Shown in pieces: positions 25,693 through 38,287 of a DNA stretch of 64,000 nt (position 1 is its first letter; each line of letters begins with the position of its first letter). The DNA is from Takakia lepidozioides (Eukaryota > Plantae > Bryophyta). The stretch lies in the NCBI GenBank assembly GCA_030704615.1, contig CM060733.1:3410001-3474000 (forward strand), written 5' to 3'. The translations under genes were made by a program, and so were the position numbers. The notes beneath the pieces were generated by a model. It did not search any database. It saw only the letters and a program-made list of their open reading frames with translations, and was not told where the DNA came from.

Positions 25693-27499
25693 TATGGCAC
25701 CCTATTCACGCTCCACGTTAAACTAGCTCTCGACCTTCGGTCGTCGCTAAAATATATACACGTGCTCTAGGACCTATCCAATTAAAATAAACACAAAAAA
25801 AACTAACTACAAATGGAAGTGCAGGAGTGGGGATTTGAACTCTCGATAATCATTATGAGCACTCTTGGCGGCGAAGACGGGAAGACATAGACGTGGGAAT
25901 GAACTATAGTGAACTTTGATTGCATATGCTCACTCAAAATAAACTGCAATTCGGTCGTTCTGCTGCCCTTGCTGGAGCCGACGACAATGTCATGTCCATC
26001 AATGATACCACCATCATACATTGACAAGGTCACTGTGGGCCTTATGCACCCCTGCGATTCGTCGGTCTGCTCACCCGCTCACCAACTACCTACATCCACA
26101 TACATGTGACCTACATCCACATACATGTGACAGGGCTATCGTTGTCCTCTCCATCATCAGGATCGACCACAGGTGCAAAGGAGCGAGGAATGTCAACATT
26201 CTAACCCTGAGAATACAATTTACGAGAGCTTTGACATTAGGTAGGGCTCTTCGAGCATTGCTTTGAAGTCAAGAGCCTCAACAAGAGACTATCAATGTCC
26301 AAGCCCCTGATGCAAACCTAGTGCCCATTATTTTTTGCCCACCTGCCCGTGTTTTCTGGCGCCTAAGGTTTTGAGCTGATGGCGCCAACTAGTTTGTCGT
26401 TGACATCCAGTCTGAAGATGATGGAGGCAGAATGGCTGTGGTGTTGGGGCTGATGCTGTGTGTAAGTGGCCATCATGGCAGGCGGCCAGATGCAGAATCC
26501 CTTTACATTCCGAGTGGGACAGGTGATGACAGGCATCGGCGTTGGCTGTGGGCTCGGCATCGGCGTTGGGGTTCCCATCCCTCTGGGTATGCTCACCTCC
26601 TGCATGAAGTGACGGAAGGTAGGTAGAGGGTGTGGTATCTAGATCGAACATGAGATTATACAAACGAGAACATATTATTTTTACAACCCCCAAGATGGTG
26701 CATGGTTTTCGACAGCATCCTTAACTCGGGCATCCCTAGAGAGACTCTTGACTCGGATGTACTCAGTAGCAGCAGCCATTTTGGCTTGGATTTACTGGGC
26801 GACTCTGCATACTTCTGAATCGTCAATTCTCTTGAGGCGACTAAGCTTGTAGCTGTCAGAACACAAGCACAGGTCGCGGTTAATTCTAAGCCCTGCTTTT
26901 GTGACAGTCCGATCAGGTTTGCATGGGGGAGGGTGCAGACATACCAGGGGTGGGTCAAGTCCTGAGCGCAAGTAGAAATGCAACTCGGCGCTTTGGTGGT
27001 GGAGGTCAATTACAAAGCCTGGTACTTTGCCAGTTTGGTCACAGTAGCTTTTGGTGCCTTTAAACGCAGGATGCTCTCATGTTTGTTGCACAAATTGCTG
27101 GGTGTAGTAGGGGTATCGCTGTGGTGCCCCGCGGTGCAGAACCAGCCAGGAGCCCGCAGCGATCGCCGCTATTGGACAATCATGTAGAAGATCGGCAGTA
27201 GCAAGTTTGAGAGTACGTGTCTTCATGCTGCGACATTCAAGTGTGCCAGATAAGGAGGGTTGGCATCAAGAATCTGGAGGCTGGAATCGGGTGTGGAGTT
27301 GGGATTGGTCATGGCTTTGGTGCTGGTGAGTTTTTTATAACAGTGGGCGAATAATTTCAGAGTGTTTCCTGTTTCCTCTCTCTGGTTTCTGTTAAGAATG
27401 TGAGCGATGGTGACGGCAGTTTGGGGAATTGTAACAAGTCTGTAAGAATGCTGGAGACGATTGGATAGCCTGTGGCAGGGGCTATAAAGAAAATTAGTT

Positions 27500-27868
27500 T
27501 GGCTTTTCCAGATATCCTCTAGAAAGCCCCTAACACGAGCATCAACTTGCTCTGTGTGAACTGCCCAGCAATTAGACCCCAGCAGGGCCAGGGCTTTAGG
27601 CTCGGCCTCAAGATTTTCAAAGTTGGTGAACAGAGGTGGGGGGATAATGTTCTTGATGTTCCCTGAGCTCTGGTGAGAATATCCTGGACAATGTATCAGA
27701 AAGTGGGTATTGTCTACAGGCTACCCACACATCGGGAGAGAGAGAGAGAGAGAATGTACTCATAAGACATTGCTGTACCCTTGTGGCCCTAGTCCCCGCA
27801 CCCAGTTTGGACAGAAACAGAGAATAGGTACTACCTTTGTGAGGGGCTCACTCCAGTAGTGTGAAACA
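27500..27868 (-). mobile_element. Two diverged fragments of the same LINE family's 3' region, separated by (GA)n
   Basis: 27505-27730 resembles 28030-28270 (ttttccagatatcctctagaaa). 27754-27860 resembles the element's 3' end (tgtactcataagac). (GA)n at 27736-27753. Confidence 0.75.
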
Positions 27869-27884
27869 CCGAGAGAGAGAGAGA

Positions 27885-28804
27885 TTGTACTCATAAGACG
27901 TTGTTTGCCGTAGCCTTGTGGCCATTGACCCCGCGCCCAGTTTGAGCGGGAACAAAAGGGACAGAACCTACCTCTGTCAGGGGCTGACGTTGGTAGTAAG
28001 ACTTACCTCCATATAAAGAATAAATCCGGGTTTTCCAGATATCCTCTAGAAATCCCTTCACACAAGCATCAATCTGCTGTGTGTGATTTGCCCAAAAACT
28101 AGGCCTCAGGAGGGCCTGGGCTTTTGGCTCAGCCTCGAGACTTTCTAAGTTGGTAAACAGGGGTACAGGCACAATTCCCTTAATAGATTTGAAGAGAGCG
28201 TCTCTTTGGTGAGAGAACCCCAGACAGTGTATCAGAAAATGAATACTGTCTTCAGATTGCCCACACAACGGGCAATTGCACTCTCCCTTTCCTCTCTGCT
28301 TCTGTTTGCTGTTCAAAGGTAGGCTTCCTGTGCTGAGTTTAAATTTCAGTCTAGTGCCGAGAGTGGGTAGACCCTTGAGGTCATCCAAGATGTCCTCCCC
28401 CATGTCACAGACTGGAAACAAGTTCAGGGAAGTTTTCTGCCTAACTTCATTTTCATCAGACAATCTCATGGCAACAGACATGGCTGAGGACACTACAGCC
28501 TCTAAGTCAGATTTATCCAGGAGGGTCAAGACTTGCGGATCCAGGTCCAGGTCCTTGAGGATCTCTTCTACTCTCTTCTGCCAGGACTTAGCCTGTTTGA
28601 CAGGGCGGTCCTGTTTCCAAGATATAGAGTCGATTAACTTAGGATATCTGGTGTTGGGCATATGTTGCAGCTGACCCCACCATCTGACCTTGAATTCATC
28701 TCGTCGGGAGCTTAAGGACGGAATGCCAAACTCACCCCGAACAGCCACATTGGCTGTTTTGGAGCATGCTGACATACACTCCTTAAGCACCCCCACTTGA
28801 ATGG
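27885..28804 (-). mobile_element. 5'-truncated LINE copy (post-RT region with CCHC zinc finger), near-identical to the 22.2-kb copy
   Basis: Open frame with CPLCGQSEDSIHFLIHC. Shared segments match 22201-22550 almost exactly. Abuts (GA)n at 27871-27884. Confidence 0.9.
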
Positions 28805-30856
28805 GTTTAGGGTTGAAAGAGATAGAGATTGTGACATGGAGGTACCATGGGTGGCAGGCTTGGCGCTGAAACCAGGAGTTGCCCATCAAATGCTACATTC
28901 ACTTCAGGTTGCTCCTCGTGTGCTTGTCTCATCCTGAGTAGTCCTCCTAGGATCTCTTTCCTTTTGGTTTACCTGCAGGTATCATCCATCTATAACCTTG
29001 GCAGCATTACTTGGTTTCTGCCAATGTCATGTTCTGGGACGTAGATGTGGCACATAACCCACTACTGTATTGTGAAGCTGTTTCTTAACCATGTTTCTGA
29101 GTGGGCCACACCTGACCATTATGAACGTACTACTCCAAAGGCCTGCTCTGCAGGGTCCAGAAAGCTGGCACAGAACTTTGATATCCACAGTGATTTCTTA
29201 AGGCAGTGTTTTTCAAATGGTTTGTGCTTATGGACTATGAGTAGGCCCTTTCTAGTTTCCTGCTGAGCTAAGAGTATTACCACTGCGTGCAGTAGTTTCT
29301 TACCAAGGTGGGCATGCTATTTTTTCCTTCAGGGCCATCCGTTACCATTCACTGCTTCAACTACATCAACCTTCTTGCACGGCTTATGTGTAGACTGTCT
29401 AGGACCTCTTTGGGGGGATTTGTCAATGTGCCACTCAAGTCTATGTGAAATAGTAGGCTCATTTCTTGGTATGTGGAGCACTGTTAGGAAAGTGTCAGCC
29501 TGAGTGTACAGAAGCAGATGCACCATTGTAGGTTATGTTCAACTGAAGGTGCAGTGTAAGTCCTGTTTTCTGATGTTGCTTGCTATTTGTGGATGGATTG
29601 AATAGAAAGGGGTAGCAATGGTGACAAGTAAATTCCTTTCAAACGTCGATGGGGGAAATCAAGTTGTTGCGTCTGGGGGAGGTCCAAATGGAGCAGAGGC
29701 AATGTCATTGACAAAGGGCATCCAACCTACTTTCATGCCCACTATATCCCAGCCTTCTGTCATTACAAGCCCTGTTAAGCCCTCTGAATCTGAGGTAGGG
29801 CCTTTGTTCCTTGGCTCATCTGAAAATTGTCCTTATGTAGTTATCAAGGTCATTGGCATTGGTTTGTAGGCGAATGGCTGGATGATTTTTGGGTTTTAGG
29901 CGGCAATTCAATCAGACCAGTTTCCTGTCACAGTGGGTTCAGGAGAGCAGGAAATGCTGCAGAGTTGGGAGTGTTTAGCAAAAGGTTGCAGCAAGTGTGG
30001 GGTCCATGAGCTCCTGAAAATAGTCTATTTACACTTTAAGGAGAGTAGAATGAATAATACTTGCAGGCCCTGTATGCTCTGAACTGTCAATTTATAATTT
30101 TTAAAACTCTATATCTAGATTTGTAATTTGAATTGTAAATTAGAAGTTGCAGGGATTCAAAGGTCTGTTGAACCGCATGGGCGTGCAATGTTAAAAAAGA
30201 GGGTGGTCATATCCCTCAAAAAGTGATTGTGGACCTTCTGTCTCCTTTAAGAAGTAAGACGGGAGTGTGGTGCTGATGGTTACTGGGTTTTTTTATGTGA
30301 CTTGGTATGCAGGTAGAAAGACTACGAGGGCAAAATGAGATCCTACGCACAGTAATTGCACCTTTCCATGGTGTACTTTGTGTGCCTGCATGCTTTGTCC
30401 GCCTTGAGTTCTATCAATTATGTAGGAGTTAGTGAACTCTGAAAACAGTCTGAATAGAGGACAAATATGCATGGGCATGGGCTCTTATATTATCCAGATG
30501 GAGGAATCGTAAAACCAAGATTGCAATTGTTCCTTCATCGCAAGTTGTTTCTTGTACACTTTTGCTGACATCTTCTCTTCACCCTGTTCTGAATCTTTTG
30601 CTTGTGTGAAGCTTTTGAGGCATCAGGAGAGAATTGAGGAGCTTGAGCAGGAGGTGTTGAACAGCAGGGGCAATAGTGACAACACCAGAGCTGTTAGAGC
30701 TCAATGTAGATATTACAAATCAGAGTGCAGATCCCGTGCATCTAATGATAATGCATATTGTTTTGATTGTCGTAGATGCGCACGACGCAGACACTGAACT
30801 TTATGATCATTCTTATCAGCAATTTTGGTAGCCACACTTAACCCGAATCTCCCGGG

Positions 30857-30978
30857 ATTTTTGTAATTCGTTCCCCTTGTTTTGTCTTTGTTTATCATCC
30901 ATTCTTTGGTGTGCTGTTTTTTGTAATTCGTTCCCCTTGTTTGGTGTCTTTGTTTATCATCCATTCTTTGGTGTGCTT
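30857..30978. repeat. ~60-bp tandem duplication
   Basis: tttttgtaattcgttccccttgttt...tcatccattctttggtgtgct occurs twice. Confidence 0.85.
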
Positions 30979-32766
30979 TGACCGGTGAGTGCTGAAGGAA
31001 TGGCCAGGGTGAGAGTCTGCAGGAGAATCTCTTGCCATATCTTCATCTGTGTGGGTAATCTCAATCTTCACCACCCTGAAGTCAAAAAATCTTTTATATG
31101 TAGGGACAGAACACCACCAACTAAGTTACCTAGCACCAGGCCAATTTATGGTGTTTGTCAACAGACTTGCAGTGAGACTCTCCCTTCCGCCCAACACAAT
31201 TGCTATACTTAATTACTCACCTCCCAGCGGCGAAACATCATTCTGCTCAGCATTTTTGCTGCCTTAAATCACACAGACAATCAACTTGTCATAAAAGTTG
31301 AGGCCACGAGCTGGCTCTGCATTTACGCACGTTGCTCCTGTGCGAGAAGCATCATCGTTGTGGTCTGCATCCCCGCCATGAAAGCTCGTCCCAGAAAGCT
31401 CATGGCCCCACAGCAGTCAGAGCTTTTGTGTGGGCCCTGCAACGTCTCTCTTGTCACACTATGTTTTGCTGCCGTGCATTCACAGCGCCTCGTTGACCGT
31501 GCCTTTCTGCCGTGGATGAAGGATGTTTCATCGGATGAATATTTGTTCTCGTTCGCGAGTAGTTTCGTCTCTTCCGACCATTTATCATCGGGCCCAATCA
31601 TAGTGAGCCGACAGAACAATACGGCCACGTGCCGGCTCCACGGACGAAACTACCGGAGGAGCCGGTTCTGCGGCAGAGGCCTCGGGGAGCACGCCACCAG
31701 GATACCCGGTCGCAGCCCCGCGGCTACAGGCCCCGTTCACGACAGTCCACACGTGTAGGACCTATAACCACGGACGCCTATTTAGCGGGCATATGTATTA
31801 AGCGGAAAGCCGACAAAAATGGAAATAAGAGCGTTGGTAAAAATAACCACAGGGGAAGGCTTATTACAGAGGTTAGTATTTACTATTAACAGTATTAATA
31901 ATTTCCTTTTATGGGGGCCTGTTTGTCGCAAAACAAAAATGACTTACAAAGGCAGACAATTAGGGTTGGTTGGGGATTCCTGGTGGATGGAGACATGCGT
32001 CGAATGTTAAGCCGCCAGGCATCTTTGGCTTTCTTCTTAAGAAGAGAAAAGAAAAGAAAAAGAAAAGCATTGCGTTCTAAGCCGAAGTGTATTTTACAAT
32101 TAATATTTTTTATTAAATATATTACAAAATATGAAGCAGAAAACTTTTGGGTCTATCTATCTTATGGAGTGACATCATGAGTGTGACTCCATCCATATCT
32201 CCAACATTGACATTGTTGTTGCGGCAATAAGTTGGTGACGGGTCAGTAAGATTTTGTGGTAACGAAAATGATGTTTATGTGAAAATAAATAATCAATAAA
32301 TATTTAAAAGCCTCAAATACTCCGTTATACTGGGTATTATTGGGGTGTGGGGCCATGGTCTCTAAGAAATCAGAAGTCAATACAGGCATATGGCATGAAA
32401 CAAAATAGGACATACAACTGATTTTTGACAGAAAATTCACACGAACTTACTTTGTATATCTGACCGCAAGTGCCTGGCTATGAAGTCTACTTGGTTTTTA
32501 CAAGAATTGGTACGATAGGAAACTAATAGGGCTGAAATGAAATGAAGAACTAAACTTAAATAATGTCCGCAAAAAGCTCAAAGGTGGCCATGCTTTCAGG
32601 TCCCTTACATTATTCCTCTCTCTAACCGGTGGATCCGCCGCCAATGCCCCACCCAATCTGCTACCACATCCTCGCGATTCCCGGCTGGCCCTTAGTTCTC
32701 TTGCGTTAGAAAACTACGTCGCGCGGACGCCCCACCGGGCGTTTAGGAACAGCCTGACACCGCTTC

Positions 32767-32838
32767 GCGCCAAGGTCCCGCATTATGGGAACTGCGTTGA
32801 GGGCGCCAAGGTCCCGCATTATGGGAACTGCGTTGAGG
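32767..32838. repeat. 36-bp perfect tandem duplication
   Basis: gcgccaaggtcccgcattatgggaactgcgttgagg occurs twice. Confidence 0.9.
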
Positions 32839-32935
32839 CATCGCACCCCACATGTGTGGCGTGGGTATCCCACAAAACCCTCCCTCTCTCTTCCTGTGCT
32901 CCCTTTTTGGCTATAGCTTGGCCAAGTGTATACAC

Positions 32936-33773
32936 CAGTGTTGGGCGGCAACCAGCCGGACCCAGCAGTTCAGGTTCAGGTTAACCGGAACCGGACCTGA
33001 CCCCGAACCGGAACCTGCCCATGGGGATCGGCGCAGAACCGAACCGGCTGTTCCTAATGGGTGTGAGAACCGGAGAACCGGGGCGCATGGGGATAAAAAC
33101 AGGTTCCTGTTTTTGAACCCTTGGTGGGCCCTTGGCATAATATGGCATAACCTGGAGAGCCCCATGACAAAACTTCCTTAATGCTCTCAAGCTCCATGAG
33201 ATCCTGGGTTCAATGCTTGAAGGCCACGAGATTCTATGTTCAATGCTTTAGCGCCATGAGATCTTGGGTTCAATCTCCAGCTCCATGATATCCTGGCTAA
33301 GTTCATTAATCAAAATGTTAGAAGATGCCAATACCTGCTAGATAGCTGAATAGTAATTTCAACCCATAAAATTTTACCCATTTTCTTCTACCAGTTTATT
33401 TAGAGTATTATTGTTTGGTTTTTTTGTGTTAGTGAAAACTAATAAAATCGTGTAATCTGGGGTTTTAATTGTTTTTCCCACAATAAACTCAATAAAACTA
33501 ATGCAGTGCCTCCCCCTATTCAATATAAAATAAAATAAAAAAATAAAATCGTTGGATTTTAGTTCAAATATATGAATACACTGTTATTTAATAAAATAAT
33601 TTAAATCTAATTAAATTAAACAAATATATATTTTAAATAGAACCGGAACCTAACCTGGAACCGGTGGTTTTTATCAGCAACTAGCCAGTAACCGGATCCG
33701 GAACCGTCTCTTGAAATAATTGTGGAACCGGAACCAAAGGTTCCTTCACAAATGCAAGAACCGCCCAACACTG
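32936..33773. mobile_element. Non-autonomous hAT-superfamily element (MITE-like)
   Basis: 13-bp perfect TIR CAGTGTTGGGCGG / CCGCCCAACACTG. 8-bp TSD GTATACAC (32928-32935) / GTATACAA (33774-33781). Dense subterminal AACCGG motifs, AT-rich core, and an internal ~30-bp tandem repeat at 33190-33295. Confidence 0.9.
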
Positions 33774-34814
33774 GTATACAAGCCCACCAAAAGAAACTGT
33801 AGAAAACCAGAAAGAGTCCAGTAGGAGCACCGACGAGGCCTCCAAAAAGAAACTTGAGAAAACCACAAACAATCCTCATAATCACTGCGATGTTACCGAA
33901 AATATTCAAATGTTAGGCCAACTTGCGTACACCGACGAGGCTAATAACAGACCGTCATAGAAACTAGGACCCCTAGTTGCTCGAAAGTGCCTCAAATGTG
34001 CGTTTGATCTTCGTGGTTTGCGGTTCTTACGGTGCACCGCAAGTCACTATCGTCGTCATCCCCAAAAGAGAAGGCCACGGATGAGAAAACCCGCCAATTT
34101 GTTGGAGCTTGTAGACCTATCACGTCGTGCCTTCTTCATGATAGAAGATATTTCTCTCCACTCCCTAAGTGGCGTTGAATTGAAAAACAAAAGATGCCCA
34201 ATATTCACGAGCGAATCTGCGTATAGCCGAACCCACTCTCACACTCCCACTCTCACACTCGAACTCCCATCCTATGTCTATTGTAAACCAAATCCCCACA
34301 GTTAGTAAGCCGTCATATAATCTTTCAAGAGTTGTTGCGAGAGAGGGTTGGGGAGTAGAGCAGGCACACACCTGTTCTGTTCTTTCATAAATGCCACAAC
34401 ATCAATGACCTCAGACATGCCCACACCCAACCCTAGCACCAAACCATTGTGCGTATTTGTATTTTTTTATTTGTTTTCAGATTTCCTTAATAGCTTGTCA
34501 TGAAACCTTGTTAGAGTATATGATTTCAATGTTATGAGGACCTACTAATTTTATAGATAAAGGGTCCTCTTTGTGAATAGTGGAATCTATTCTCATCCAT
34601 AATAAACTTGAAAATTCATCCATGCATTTTTCATAAGTTGTTCAATAATAGAGTTGGTAGTGGAGGGGAGTTGGTACTTGGAGAAGGCACATCATGGGAG
34701 GAGTTTTGAGCTAAGGAGAGGAAGTGACACCTGGGGAAGGCACAACAAGGGATTAGCGATTTTTGACACTGATGCATAGTCTCTTGTTAGAATAAAGAAG
34801 AGCCAATAAAACCT

Positions 34815-35747
34815 GGAGGACAATAGGAATAATGTAAGAATATAATGCACTCTTGCCATCTCACGGTACTTTCGCCCTATTCCGGCTCCTTCGGTGAGGC
34901 CCTTGTCAAATCATCCCCACCCCCTCTTACCTCGATTTCACTATTAAATACTTAAGATTCCAAGAGAATCCAAGAGAGTGTCATGCAGTGGTGGGTAGCA
35001 TGTTGGTGATTAGTGCATAAGCGGCTAGATTTCTTGGGTTCGGTTCTTGATGGGAGGCTATTGTAGTGTAACCCGGGTTAATTAACACCCCAGTTGGTGT
35101 AACCCCTATAAACCTTAGTAGTGTCTTGTGTGTAACTATTCTTAGACCATTTTATACTTGCCAAATTTGGACTTCGTCAAATTTCGACACCAAGTTTGAG
35201 TTACATCGAGTGGAGTTACCGTACGTTGCTGTCAGATTCGACAGCACAGTGCCGAAATAATTATTTTTTGGAGGCTCAGTCCATTTGGCACCTCATATTT
35301 TATATTCCAGGGTTTCGGCAGTTTAGGATTGAAATTTTTCGCCACCTGCGATACAAGCTTGCGATATGAGCTCCGCATCTTTAGAGGCTGCACGGGCCCT
35401 CTGCAATGATCAAGCAGTTCACGAGCACTAAATTTCCTTATTTTTGGACAAGCTGAGTATGGAATATTTCTGGATTTTTAGACATATCACTTGAGTTAAT
35501 TCAAAAAATTCAATAATCCAAAATATAATTAAATTGTGTCAAATCTGACAGCAACGTAGGGTACACTCCATTCTGTGTAATCCAGAGTGGAGTTACACAC
35601 CCCGTCATGTAACCCAGTCTAATCCCAAGTGGAGGTACACCCTTCACTTCCATCTCAAGAGAGGGTGGGGAAGATTTGACATGCCAGGAATCAGCGTACC
35701 ATTCTGTCAGTGTGCATTATGTTCTTACATTATTTCTATTGTTCTCC
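34815..35747. mobile_element. Foldback/Mutator-like non-autonomous element with long imperfect inverted repeats
   Basis: Inverted pairs: 34815-34868 vs 35695-35747 (ggaggacaataggaataatgtaagaatataatgcac); 34904-34930 vs 35656-35682; 35191-35245 vs 35532-35580. No clean TSD seen. Confidence 0.7.
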
Positions 35748-37294
35748 CCATAAGTGCCATAAGGCTAGGAATGAACTTGTAGCCTATTTTGTTTTTTGTT
35801 TTTTTCTTGGGGGGGGGGGGGAACAGGGGACAAAGGCCCTGGATTGATTTATTGATGTTTATTTGAGGGAAAAAATTAAAACCCTGATTGGCCCAAGGCC
35901 GCCATAAGGCCTAAACACACGGCAAGCATGATGGATAATTTTATTGTCATAGTGGATATATCTTATTTTGGGGGAAAGGGCACACTTAAATTGCATTATT
36001 TATTATAATAATCGTTACTTAAAAACAAAACATTATTCAGAGGGAAAAAATTGAACTTGCAACCCTTATATGCGACTTGGCAAGGAAGGAGGTGCCCAGT
36101 AGAAATATCGGATGTGCTACATAGTACAAACAGTTTTGAAATCCAAGTCCAAGTACAAATCCAAGTCCAGAGAAGTTATTTTTTCCTCGTTTTAATTTGA
36201 TTACAAATAGCTTTCCTTCAAAAAACACTCAAGTGCTAATTCTCATTATCAGTATTTTATTCTATCTTTCCGTATTTGTTTTGAACATGGCTACTACAAA
36301 AACGTGAAAAACGAAAATAAAAAACAATAGCACGTCGTGGCTGTGGCCCAGTGGCGTGTGGGTCTGGGGTTCAAACTTCAACCCCTACTGGTTTGTCGGC
36401 CTTTTGGTCTGGGCCCTCTATGCCTGAATGGGGTTGGCCCAGTGAACGGTCCATCTCAAGGGTTTTACAAAACAGAAAAAGAAAAAGAAAAAGAAAGAAA
36501 GGAAAAAGAAAGAAAAAGAAGGAAAAAAGAGAGAAGGATAAATGCATGAGGGTTGAAGCTTATCCAGAGTGGGAGCGAGAGCGCGGTGATCTCGGGAGGA
36601 GCAGCAGAGATTGACGAGGCGGAGGGTGATGATGCGGGGTAACTACAGCAGCAGCGATCTGGTAAGTAAAGCAGGCATCCTCGGGAATGGGGGCCACATA
36701 TCAAGAGCAGCGATGCGCGAGGCAAGGTAGCTGGAAAACGCGGGCAGCGGCCCCCCCTTCCTCCGCCCTCGCTCTCGGGGACTCTGCTGCTTGACCTGAT
36801 CACGCATGAACCAGTAATACTAGTTAACAATTCTGAGCTGCGCTGCAAATTTGTGAGCGGGGATAGCGCTTTGCAGTTGGAGAGTACTAGAGAGGTGTGA
36901 AAGGGGACGACGTCGTGCTTGATTGTTTGTTTGCATGCTTTGACAGGAGAGAGATCCAGTTTGGTTGCTGATCCAGTTTGGAAGCGGGAATTTATTGTTG
37001 GGTTCGAATTGTTGGCTGGATAGAGATTGTTGGAGTCCGGGATCGATCGAACAGGTAGATCTCCTTAACCAAATGAAGGATTGTTTATCGGGTAAAGCAA
37101 CTAGGGGAGGAGAAAGAGGTGTGCAGAAGGAATCCGATGTGCTACAAACTGTTTGGATTTGTCAGTGGTGTTAAGGCAGGAAGTTTTGAGATTTTGATGA
37201 ACATTTGTCTCTGAAGATTTGTAGAGAAACACTGATTGTTGTCGTGTCTACGGGCGCAGAGAGGGAAGGAGAAGCAAAGAACGAGACGGAGACG

Positions 37295-38287
37295 ATGGCA
37301 ACGTGCATAGCTGCTTCCGCCAGTAAGATGGTAGTGTGCTTTGGAGAGCTCTTGGTGGATTTTGTGCCCACAGTGGGAGGGCTCGCACTCTCTGACGCTC
37401 CTGCATTCAAGAAAGCGCCCGGGGGCGCGCCTGCCAATGTTGCTGTTGGTGTCTGTAAGCTTGGGGGCACTGCAGCATTCATGGGGAAGGTAGGGGAGGA
37501 CGAGTTTGGGTACATGTTAGTGAATGTCCTCAAGAGTAACGACGTGGACATTCGGGGTGTTCGCTTTGATCCTGGAGCTCGCACAGCCCTGGCGTTCGTC
37601 ACACTGCGCACAGATGGGGAGCGCGAATTCATGTTCTATCGAAATCCAAGCGCAGACATGCTGATGGTACCCGGCGAGCTTGATCTTGATCTTATTCGGC
37701 AGGCAGGGGTCTTCCACTATGGATCCATAAGCTTGATTGCGGAGCCGACTCGATCCACACATCTGGAAGCCATGAGGCTTGCCAAGGAGGCGGGCGTGTT
37801 TTTGTCTTACGATCCGAATCTGCGTTTGCCTCTGTGGCCATCAGCAGATGCTGCGCGCCAGGGCATTCGCAGTATCTGGGAGGAGGCCGACATCATCAAA
37901 GTAAGTGATGAGGAGGTCAAATTCCTCACAGGCGGGGATGCCACCAGCGATGAAGTTTGCATGAGCCTCTGGCATGCAGGCTTGAAATTGTTGCTGGTGA
38001 CGGATGGCCCCGAAGGTTGTCGGTACTACACCTCCAATTTCAAAGGCCAAGTGAAGAGCCTCAAAGTCCAGCCTGTGGACACCACAGGAGCAGGGGATGC
38101 ATTTGTTGCAGGCCTTCTGAGCAAGCTCGTTCACGATCTGTCACTGGTGGACAACGAAGCTGGGTTGCGGGAGGCCTTGAAATTTGCGAATGCGTGTGGG
38201 GCCATCACCACCACAGAGAGAGGAGCGATCCCAGCTCTCCCTGATACTGAGACCGTCTTCAGACTGATCAATAAGGTCGCTGCTTGA
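37295..38287 (+). CDS. FRK: Fructokinase (pfkB family), cytosolic type, 330 aa, no intron in CDS
   Basis: [49 protein letters not shown] and pfkB signature DTTGAGDAF, ending GAIPALP. First ATG at 37295. Possible 5'UTR intron donor GTAAGT at 36662. Confidence 0.95.
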   Translation: MATCIAASASKMVVCFGELLVDFVPTVGGLALSDAPAFKKAPGGAPANVAVGVCKLGGTAAFMGKVGEDEFGYMLVNVLKSNDVDIRGVRFDPGARTALAFVTLRTDGEREFMFYRNPSADMLMVPGELDLDLIRQAGVFHYGSISLIAEPTRSTHLEAMRLAKEAGVFLSYDPNLRLPLWPSADAARQGIRSIWEEADIIKVSDEEVKFLTGGDATSDEVCMSLWHAGLKLLLVTDGPEGCRYYTSNFKGQVKSLKVQPVDTTGAGDAFVAGLLSKLVHDLSLVDNEAGLREALKFANACGAITTTERGAIPALPDTETVFRLINKVAA

